Shown here: positions 15,139 to 21,144 of the stretch, piece after piece
Numbering within the stretch: the first letter of the stretch is position 1
How the letters are laid out: the number at the start of each line of letters is the position of its first letter
IMG/VR virus record: IMGVR_UViG_3300048917_000230
Location: 1-24,036 of that record
Reading direction: 5' to 3' (one strand)
DNA: 24,036 nucleotides
From: a virus
Notes under the pieces: generated by a model
The model's input: the letters and a program-made list of their open reading frames with translations, nothing else
What the model was told of the DNA's origin: nothing
Databases searched by the model: none
Position numbers and translations under genes: made by a program

Positions 15139-16050
15139 ATGCAGCTCGTCGAGGCCTACCTACCCGCGGTGGTCGACATGCCGCGTGACCTGCGCCACCA
15201 CCAGGCCGCGGCGTTCGACAAGCTGGCCGCCTGGCTCGACTGGCTCGACCTCGAGGGCAAACGGCCCCGCACCATCCACAACTACGAACGCTGCGTTGCC
15301 GTCCTGCTGCGCCTCTACCCCGGCGTGCCGTTCGACGAGTTCACATCGGAGATGGTCAACCGGGCTTTGCGGATGGTGCCGCAACGGTCTCGGTATATCA
15401 GCCGCTCGGTCTACAACCAGTGGTTCGAATGGGGCGAACGGTACGACCACATTCCCCGCACCCCGATGATCAAGGTGCCGAAGATGAAAGCCGGGCCACG
15501 CCGCCCCACCGGTCTGTTCCAGGAGGCCGAGGTGGCGCTGCTGACCGGGCTGCCGGTGCAGGACGGTGCCCTCTTCGCGCTCCTCTTCGGAGCCCTCCTC
15601 CGCCGCGAGGACGCCATCAAGCTGCAACGCCGGCACATCGACCTCGACCATCTGCGGGTGATGATCTACGACGGCAAGGGCGGCAAAGACGCGATCATCC
15701 CGATTACCCCCCAGACCGCCGCCGCCGTCGCCGACCACGACCTCCTGCTCCGCCTCGACCCTGACGATCACCTCTGGTACCGGGCCAAGCTCAACAAGAG
15801 CAGGAAGACGGGGATCAGCTCGAGCGAGTTCTCCCGCTGGTACTACCGCTGCATCGCCGCCGCCGGCGTCCGCGACCTGAAGCCCCACACCACCCGGCAC
15901 ACCGGCCACTGGATCCTCAAGCACGTCGAGAAGCTCGACCTCGAGGAGCGCAGGCTGGTGCTCCGCCATGAGTCGTCGGAGACGACGGTGCGGCAGTACC
16001 CGGTGACCGACATCGAAGACGTCGCCCGCAAACGAGCAGGGGTGACCTGA
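15139..16050 (+). CDS. int: Tyrosine recombinase / phage integrase
   Basis: Catalytic layout: LLRREDA (Arg), GKGGKDAIIP (Lys), HTTRHTG (HxxR), LRHESSETTVRQY (His...Tyr). The start is taken at Met55. The upstream 54 codons of ORF 14977..16050 have poor GC3. Confidence 0.8.
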   Translation: MQLVEAYLPAVVDMPRDLRHHQAAAFDKLAAWLDWLDLEGKRPRTIHNYERCVAVLLRLYPGVPFDEFTSEMVNRALRMVPQRSRYISRSVYNQWFEWGERYDHIPRTPMIKVPKMKAGPRRPTGLFQEAEVALLTGLPVQDGALFALLFGALLRREDAIKLQRRHIDLDHLRVMIYDGKGGKDAIIPITPQTAAAVADHDLLLRLDPDDHLWYRAKLNKSRKTGISSSEFSRWYYRCIAAAGVRDLKPHTTRHTGHWILKHVEKLDLEERRLVLRHESSETTVRQYPVTDIEDVARKRAGVT

Positions 16051-16250
16051 TGGAACCGCTCACCTGGACATGCCACGTCTGCGGCCGCGAGAGGCCCGAC
16101 GAGCGGATCTCCGTCTACTCACGCCACGTCACGCTCGGCGGCGGGGTCGTCGCGAAAGAGAACGTCCGCTACTGCAACGACCGGCCTGCCTGCGCAGCCG
16201 GGGCGATCGAGAAGCGCTGGCTTCAGCCGGCCCCCGAAGGTGAGGCGTAA
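16050..16250 (+). CDS. Small Cys-pair (zinc-ribbon-like) protein, 66 aa
   Basis: The ATG overlaps the int stop by 1 nt. It has CHVCG ... YCNDRPAC. Confidence 0.55.
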   Translation: MEPLTWTCHVCGRERPDERISVYSRHVTLGGGVVAKENVRYCNDRPACAAGAIEKRWLQPAPEGEA

Positions 16251-16564
16251 GCCGTGAGGGCAACTGGCCGCCCGAACGGGGTAGAACGGCTGACGGGGGA
16301 GGGGGGCGTAAACGAGTCGTCCCCTGCTAGACGGTCAGCAGATGTCACCTCTGGCGGCGTTCATTCGCTGCCAAGTACGTCGCCCCCCGCCGTGAGTCGT
16401 TCTCTGGTCTCGAGCCCGTCAGCTTGGCGGACAACGGCCCGCCCAACTGGTTTCGCTCAACGGTGCGGGATAGGCGGACGCTGGAACGCTTTAGGCGTAA
16501 ATAGCCCAACGGGCCGTTTTGCGGGGGTTCCGCCCAACTCCCTGCAACGCCGGAGGATCGTAGC
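16251..16564. other. 314-bp non-coding island rich in short direct repeats (candidate attP, early promoter or origin)
   Basis: Repeats present: GAACGG x2 (16274, 16284), CAACGG x3 (16432, 16458, 16507), CCGCCCAACT x2 (16439, 16530), GGCGTAAA x2 (16305, 16494) and GAGTCGT x2 (16314, 16394). The only ORF here translates to Ser/Pro/Arg/Gly low-complexity sequence. Confidence 0.6.
16497..16507 (+). repeat. Third copy of the AT-rich motif GTAAATAGCCC
   Basis: The 11-mer is identical to the reverse complement of 15003-15013 and shares AAATAGCCC with 15054-15062. Confidence 0.7.
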
Positions 16565-16741
16565 GTGACCGTCGGGCCGCGCACCGACCGGCCGTATCTC
16601 GTTTGCGACAGCTGCGGCCACCTCTGGACGGTCTGGAACCAGCCCACCGCCTGCGACGTCTGCGGCAGCAAAGCCCTCTGGATGTTCCCGACCAGGGACA
16701 GGGCGCTCGACCAGTCCAGGTTGGTGAGGGGCCGGCGATGA
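16565..16741 (+). CDS. Zinc-ribbon microprotein (58 aa; below ORF-track cutoff)
   Basis: The GTG is preceded by GGAGGA at 16552-16557. Translation: VTVGPRTDRPYLVCDSCGHLWTVWNQPTACDVCGSKALWMFPTRDRALDQSRLVRGRR, with CxxC...CxxC. GC3 is very high. Confidence 0.65.
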   Translation: MTVGPRTDRPYLVCDSCGHLWTVWNQPTACDVCGSKALWMFPTRDRALDQSRLVRGRR

Positions 16742-17112
16742 ATCGTCCGGGACGCCAATCCTCCCCGGACAAGGGCGGCGCCGTGGGCCACGACCTGCGG
16801 GCCGTAACAGGTGATTCTGTGCGGCGCCGCCCGCAACGGCTTCAAGGATCGGAAGGGGTGGGTGAACGGTCGTCGCCGGAGAGCAGTAGCGACGCGTCAG
16901 GGGCGGTTATCCGGCCGCCCCTGCCCCTTCCGGAACGTCGCGTTGAGCTGGTTGACGCGCTCTACCACCAGAACTCGGCGGTGGCGGAGCTGCTCGCCGG
17001 CATGGAATCCGTCTGCGCGGATCTGGACGACGACACCCTGTCCGGCGGGCTGTGGTCGTTGCAGCAGGCGTGTTTGCGGTTCGACCGGGATCTGCGGGTG
17101 AGACGCCGGTGA
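16738..17112 (+). CDS. Hypothetical early protein (124 aa)
   Basis: ATGA overlap with the upstream stop. The C-terminal half (VELVDALYHQNSAVAELLAGMESVCADLDDDTLSGGLWSLQQACLRF) looks structured; the N-terminal half is low complexity. The start is uncertain. Confidence 0.5.
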   Translation: MNRPGRQSSPDKGGAVGHDLRAVTGDSVRRRPQRLQGSEGVGERSSPESSSDASGAVIRPPLPLPERRVELVDALYHQNSAVAELLAGMESVCADLDDDTLSGGLWSLQQACLRFDRDLRVRRR

Positions 17113-17213
17113 CGGCGGCGGCGATCCTGTTTCTGCTCGGCCTCGCGATCGGTTTGGTGGTCGGGATGATGGTGCAGGACGCGCTCGGCTATCGCGGCTG
17201 GTACCGCCAATGA
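17109..17213 (+). CDS. 34-aa single-helix membrane peptide
   Basis: GTGA overlap with the upstream stop. Translation: VTAAAILFLLGLAIGLVVGMMVQDALGYRGWYRQ. GC3 is high. Confidence 0.4.
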   Translation: MTAAAILFLLGLAIGLVVGMMVQDALGYRGWYRQ

Positions 17214-17350
17214 CCCGCCGCGCCGTCGCCATGTGCGCATGCGGACGGGTAGCCGTGTCGGTCACGCCCGGCGCCCCGTTCGTGTTCGTCAGCCTCAGAT
17301 GTTCGTTCTGTCCGCCGCCTCCACCCCAGCCGAAGCTGAGGTTGGTTTGA
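17210..17350 (+). CDS. 46-aa Cys-pair microprotein starting MTRRAVA
   Basis: ATGA overlap with the upstream stop. Its GC3 is higher than that of the overlapping 87-aa ORF frame. Its first 7 codons are nucleotide-identical to the start of the transglycosylase gene. It has CAC...CSFC followed by a PPPPP run. Confidence 0.4.
   Translation: MTRRAVAMCACGRVAVSVTPGAPFVFVSLRCSFCPPPPPQPKLRLV
17211..17230 (+). repeat. 20-bp direct repeat TGACCCGCCGCGCCGTCGCC, copy 1
   Basis: Identical to 17499-17518. Both copies span an upstream stop/start junction plus the codons TRRAVA. Confidence 0.9.
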
Positions 17351-17496
17351 GTCCCCCTTGCGCTGTGTGCGGCGAACCCATCTCCGGTGAGGCGCTTATG
17401 CCGTACCCGCCGAACGGTGACCGCGTGCATCCCGAATGCGTCGAGCGGTACTGGGACGCACCCGGCGAAGCGGGGCTTATCGAGGAGTCGTGGTGA
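17347..17496 (+). CDS. 49-aa Cys/His zinc-binding-like microprotein
   Basis: The TTG start overlaps the upstream TGA (TTGA). It has CAVCG ... HPEC. This is the C-terminal, better-coding part of ORF 17233..17496. An alternative start is ATG 17299. Confidence 0.4.
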   Translation: MSPPCAVCGEPISGEALMPYPPNGDRVHPECVERYWDAPGEAGLIEESW

Positions 17497-17497
17497 C

Positions 17498-17989
17498 GTG
17501 ACCCGCCGCGCCGTCGCCCTGGCAGCACTCGTCCCTGTGGGTGCTGTCCCCGCTGCCGCGGTGAGTCATGGTGACGGCCATCACCGCACCGTCGTAGACG
17601 GGCATCAGGTTCGGTTCGACGGGCTCGGCCCTGAGCGGTGGGCGGCTCGTTGGCGTCGAGAGCACCGAATGGTCGTTCAGTTGCGCCGGCGGATCGTCCG
17701 GCAGCGCTACATCGTGTTGCACCGCCGGGACGTGACGGAGGCGATCAACCTCGCCGGCGCCACCTACGGGAACGCCTCGACGCTGTGGCGCAAGGCACGC
17801 TGCGAGTCGGGGCTTAATACACGCTCGGTTAATAGCGGCTCTTCCGCGTCCGGCTTATTTCAATTTCTGCCGTCGACTTGGAATAGCACCCCGTACGCGG
17901 GCTTCTCGATCTTCGACCCGTTCGCGAACGCGTTGGCGGCCGGCTGGATGCACGCGCACGGCCGCGGCGGCGAATGGGTCTGCCGGTGA
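17498..17989 (+). CDS. Secreted transglycosylase-like protein (SLT/Rpf-like catalytic motif) with RR-containing signal peptide
   Basis: GTG 17498. The N-terminus TRRAVALAALVPVGAVPAAAV is signal-like. The C-terminus RCESGLNTRSVNSGSSASGLFQFLPSTW matches the Glu-Ser...GLxQF...TW transglycosylase pattern. Confidence 0.7.
   Translation: MTRRAVALAALVPVGAVPAAAVSHGDGHHRTVVDGHQVRFDGLGPERWAARWRREHRMVVQLRRRIVRQRYIVLHRRDVTEAINLAGATYGNASTLWRKARCESGLNTRSVNSGSSASGLFQFLPSTWNSTPYAGFSIFDPFANALAAGWMHAHGRGGEWVCR
17499..17518 (+). repeat. 20-bp direct repeat TGACCCGCCGCGCCGTCGCC, copy 2
   Basis: Identical to 17211-17230. Confidence 0.9.
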
Positions 17990-17990
17990 C

Positions 17991-18662
17991 ATGAGACCGC
18001 GTTTGCTGGATTTGTTCTGCGGCGCCGGCGGGGCGGCGGTCGGTTATCACCGTGCCGGCTTCGAGGTGGTTGGCGTCGACATCGTCAGGCAGCCGAACTA
18101 CCCGTTCGAGTTCGTCCAGGATGACGCGCTTGCGCTGCTCTCCACCTTCACCCCGTCGGTGAACGGCTGGTGGGATGAGCCGCCGTTCGACGCGATCCAT
18201 GCGTCGCCGCCGTGTCAGGAGTACAGCTCGGCAGGCAAGGCCAACAAAGTTACGCTCGGCACGGTCTACGTCGACCTTTACGAGGCGACGCGGACGCTGC
18301 TCGAGCAGACCGGCCTTCCCTGGGTGATCGAGAACGTGACTGCGGCACCGTCGCGGTCGGGGATGGTGCTTTGCGGCTCGATGTTCGGACTCCCGATCCG
18401 GCGTCACCGGACATTCGAGAGTTCTCACCTGATGCTCTGTCCGGCGCATTGTGATCACAAGCCGGACGCAATCACAGTTACGGGACATTCCCCGCAACGC
18501 TGGCTTAGCGGTGCTCGCAAGACGGTCACTCGAGACGAATACGAGCGGGCAATGGGCATCGACTGGATGACGACCGCCGAGCTCGTGCAGGCGATCCCGC
18601 CCGTCTACACCGAGCTGATCGGCCACCAACTGATGCAGCACATCCGGGTGAGGGCGGCGTGA
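17991..18662 (+). CDS. DNA (cytosine-5) methyltransferase, compact (223 aa), orphan
   Basis: Motif I DLFCGAGG, motif IV SPPCQEYS, motif VI VIENV, motif VIII-like RRHRTF, and C-terminal QAIPPVYTELIG. No adjacent restriction endonuclease candidate. Confidence 0.85.
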   Translation: MRPRLLDLFCGAGGAAVGYHRAGFEVVGVDIVRQPNYPFEFVQDDALALLSTFTPSVNGWWDEPPFDAIHASPPCQEYSSAGKANKVTLGTVYVDLYEATRTLLEQTGLPWVIENVTAAPSRSGMVLCGSMFGLPIRRHRTFESSHLMLCPAHCDHKPDAITVTGHSPQRWLSGARKTVTRDEYERAMGIDWMTTAELVQAIPPVYTELIGHQLMQHIRVRAA

Positions 18663-18724
18663 CGTTGTTGTTGTTCGTGTTCGCGCTGGCCGTTTTGGCG
18701 GTGGTGTGGCGGGCGTTGCGGTGA
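18659..18724 (+). CDS. 21-aa hydrophobic micro-ORF
   Basis: GTGA overlap with the MTase stop. Translation: VTLLLFVFALAVLAVVWRALR. It ends 2 nt before the next ATG. It may be only a coupling ORF. Confidence 0.3.
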   Translation: MTLLLFVFALAVLAVVWRALR

Positions 18725-18726
18725 GC

Positions 18727-19125
18727 ATGGAACGCCAAACCGTCCTGCTCGAGGGCGGCCCGCTCGACGGCGAGCGCAGGTTGGTGCATCCCGACAGCGG
18801 ACGGTATTTCGAGGAGTGGGACGACGGCCCCGCCGAACACTGGCTGCCGCCCGCCCGGAAAGTCAACTGTGCGACCTACCGCCGCGTCGACGCCACCACG
18901 TTCGCGTACGCGGCAACCCAGACAGCGATGGGTTCGCCTAACCCCGATTTCTACAAGGAGGAACCAGAGATGTCCGAGACCGCAACCCCGCAGCCGCCGG
19001 CGCAGCCTGTGCCGCCCGTCCAAGAACCCGAGCCCGCCGAGGAGCCTGACCAGGACGACGACAACGACGCCGAGTCGGTGACCACCACAGAGACGACGAC
19101 GGAAACGACGGAGGTGGAGTTCTGA
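18727..19125 (+). CDS. Hypothetical protein with GGPLDG N-domain and long acidic/Thr-rich tail ending EVEF
   Basis: Internal ATG of ORF 18706..19125. The C-terminus reads PEPAEEPDQDDDNDAESVTTTETTTETTEVEF. It lies immediately upstream of recT. Confidence 0.6.
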   Translation: MERQTVLLEGGPLDGERRLVHPDSGRYFEEWDDGPAEHWLPPARKVNCATYRRVDATTFAYAATQTAMGSPNPDFYKEEPEMSETATPQPPAQPVPPVQEPEPAEEPDQDDDNDAESVTTTETTTETTEVEF

Positions 19126-19815
19126 ATGGCCGAAACCGTGAACAGCACCCTGCCCGCAGTCCGTGAGAGCCGCTTGGACGACCTGGCCCGGTTGGGCACA
19201 TGGCTCGCCCTGTCCGAGTCGGGCAGCGACAGCGAAAAAGCAAAAGGGGCAGCAGCCGCCCTTCGCCTGTACTACGCCTCCGAGCTCGGGCTGCCGCCGT
19301 TGGCCGCGGCCGAGCTGTCGGTGATCCACGGCCGCCTCTTCGTCTCCGCCCAACTCCTACGGGCGCTGGCGGAACGCCACGGCTACCGCATCCAACGCGT
19401 CGACGACAGCGACACCGCCGCAACCGCCGTGCTCACCAAGGGCGACGTCGAGCTCGGCCGGTCAACGTTCACGATCGAAGACGCCAAACGCGCCGGCCTC
19501 GTCCGCGCACGGTCACCGTGGGAAACCCACCCGGCCCGCATGTGCTGGGCCAGGGCATCCAAGAACGTGATCCAGGACTACGCCCCCGGCGTCGCGTTGG
19601 GGCTCTCACTCGACGACGAGGCAGCCGAATACACCAGCACCCGTCGTAGCGAAGAGCCGATCGTCGTTCACGCGACCTACGTCGACGCTGACGACCCTGT
19701 CGAGCCCGCCGACGAAGAGGAGTCGAAATACGTGGCGCCCGCTTCGGTGCGTCAGGCGAACGAGCAGCGGGTCGAGGAAGAACTAGCCAAACACGCAGAC
19801 CTCGTCGAGGAGTAA
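19126..19815 (+). CDS. recT: RecT-family single-strand annealing protein
   Basis: ASELGLPPLAAAELSVIHGRLFVSAQLLRALAERHGY...FTIEDAKRAGL...SPWETHPARMCWARASKNVIQDYAP fits the RecT layout as I recognise it. No profile search was run. Confidence 0.65.
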   Translation: MAETVNSTLPAVRESRLDDLARLGTWLALSESGSDSEKAKGAAAALRLYYASELGLPPLAAAELSVIHGRLFVSAQLLRALAERHGYRIQRVDDSDTAATAVLTKGDVELGRSTFTIEDAKRAGLVRARSPWETHPARMCWARASKNVIQDYAPGVALGLSLDDEAAEYTSTRRSEEPIVVHATYVDADDPVEPADEEESKYVAPASVRQANEQRVEEELAKHADLVEE

Positions 19816-19819
19816 AACA

Positions 19820-20323
19820 ATGGGTTCCTTCCGCTGGAGAAACTGGGATGAGCTAAACCAATGGCTCGAGCAGAAACAGTGTCAATGGTGCGGCCACATC
19901 GGACTCGACTTCGTCGGGCTCGGGAAACGCCCTAACTTCTCAGCGCTGATCTGCCCGGACCCCGACTGCGGCCGACACAACGGCTGGATGCCGGCACCGT
20001 TCGGCGAGATCCAAGCCTCACCACGAAGACGAGCGATCCGACAGCATCGTCTCGATGAAGACCGCTGCCACATTTGCCTCCGAACCCGAACGCAGGCACA
20101 CGCAGCCGGAACTGACCTCCAGAAACACCATCTGCATGACCGGGCACGTCTCGTCGACAGCGGTGCCGAGCTCGACGACCTCCGCTACCTCTCATGGATC
20201 TGCGGAACGCCCTGCCATTCGATCATCACCGCCTTGCGACATGCCTACGGTCGTGACCTCACCATCGAGATCGAGATCCCCAACGATGACGACGTCGGCG
20301 ACGTCGACCAGGCTGCTAGTTGA
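19820..20323 (+). CDS. HNH endonuclease with N-terminal zinc-ribbon
   Basis: GAGGAG RBS upstream. It has CQWCGH...CPDPDCGRH followed by CHICL...HHLH...CGTPCH (HNH pattern). Confidence 0.65.
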   Translation: MGSFRWRNWDELNQWLEQKQCQWCGHIGLDFVGLGKRPNFSALICPDPDCGRHNGWMPAPFGEIQASPRRRAIRQHRLDEDRCHICLRTRTQAHAAGTDLQKHHLHDRARLVDSGAELDDLRYLSWICGTPCHSIITALRHAYGRDLTIEIEIPNDDDVGDVDQAAS

Positions 20324-20871
20324 TGAGCAACGACTGGATGATCGTCCCGAACTGGGAACGCTTCCAGCACTACGGGCTCGCCCGGCGGCCACTGTGGATC
20401 AAGAACTACATAACGCTGCTGCACAAAGACGACTACCTCGATCTGCCGTTCGCGGCCCGTGGATTACTCCATGGAATCTGGCTCGCTTACGCTGACCGTG
20501 ATGGGCAGCTACGCCGATCAGACCTCGCATCGGCGTTACAGGGACGTGTCATCGACGCGCACCTTGCTTCGCTCAACCATGCGGGTTTGATCCTAAGTTC
20601 TGCTAGCAAGCCTCTACATCTAAGTACTAAAGAAGAAACGCCTCCCGATCTCGGCGTGCCGCCGACGAACATCCGGGTTGTCCACAACCAGAAACGCGAA
20701 CGTCTCCACGACCAACTCCTAGCTGCTGCACGTCGTTACGCAGCTGATTGGCATGGCGGTACGAGCGACGCTTTCGACGCCGGCCTTGACGAGCTCGAGC
20801 ACCTCACCGGTTCACGCCTTGGAGCCGGCGATCGCTACCGCCTCTGGGATCAGGCGTTCCACCATCAGTGA
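20323..20871 (+). CDS. Putative replisome organizer / winged-helix DNA-binding protein
   Basis: The N-terminus WMIVPNWERFQHYGLARRPLWIKNYITLLHKDDYLDLPFAARGLLHGIWLAY resembles phage replisome-organizer N-domains. It contains an internal AT-rich segment. Confidence 0.4.
   Translation: MSNDWMIVPNWERFQHYGLARRPLWIKNYITLLHKDDYLDLPFAARGLLHGIWLAYADRDGQLRRSDLASALQGRVIDAHLASLNHAGLILSSASKPLHLSTKEETPPDLGVPPTNIRVVHNQKRERLHDQLLAAARRYAADWHGGTSDAFDAGLDELEHLTGSRLGAGDRYRLWDQAFHHQ
20586..20640. other. AT-rich island (21 of 55 bases G/C by hand count) inside the organizer-like gene
   Basis: The sequence is TTTGATCCTAAGTTCTGCTAGCAAGCCTCTACATCTAAGTACTAAAGAAGAAACG. CTAAGT occurs twice, at 20593 and 20619. Confidence 0.6.
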
Positions 20872-21056
20872 TGGCGAAGGGAAGTCACGTAACGAGAGGT
20901 GGGTGGGAGCCGAAGACGTGCTCGAGCTGCGGCCAGCCGATCGTCATCACACGCCAGTCCTGCACCAACTACATGGACGACACGACCAACACCGCCTACG
21001 CCTGGCACACAACCTGCTCGAGACCCGTCACACTGAACACGGGAGGTGCCCGATGA
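20871..21056 (+). CDS. Small Cys/His zinc-binding-like protein (61 aa)
   Basis: The ATG overlaps the upstream stop by 1 nt. It has CSSCGQP ... HTTC. Confidence 0.5.
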   Translation: MAKGSHVTRGGWEPKTCSSCGQPIVITRQSCTNYMDDTTNTAYAWHTTCSRPVTLNTGGAR

Positions 21057-21142
21057 ACTACCGCACCGTCACGATCGGCGAAATAGCGTTGGTCATCATC
21101 GCGATCTTCATCGCGCTCGCCTACTTCAACGGCTGGGGCTAG
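21053..21142 (+). CDS. 29-aa single-helix membrane peptide
   Basis: ATGA overlap with the upstream stop. Translation: MNYRTVTIGEIALVIIAIFIALAYFNGWG. Confidence 0.4.
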   Translation: MNYRTVTIGEIALVIIAIFIALAYFNGWG

Positions 21143-21144
21143 AG

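Noticed and set aside
16351-16372. tRNA-like T-arm (GGCGGCGTTCATTCGCTGCC) as evidence for a tRNA or attP core
   Set aside because: I could not form a 5-bp stem with a 7-nt TTCRANN loop in any register. No acceptor or D-arm partner is nearby. No tRNA is supported anywhere in the window.
16254-16568. 104-aa + strand ORF covering the non-coding island
   Set aside because: It has a GTG start without an RBS. The product is Ser/Pro/Arg/Gly-rich with no structure-like segments, and GC3 is not elevated. The real downstream gene starts at GTG 16565 behind GGAGGA.
17233-17346. 5' part of the 87-aa ORF 17233-17496
   Set aside because: Hand-counted GC3 is clearly lower than in the overlapping 17210-17350 frame. 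The sequence (MRMRTGSRVGHARRPVRVRQPQ...) looks off-frame. Only the part from about 17347 onward looks coding.
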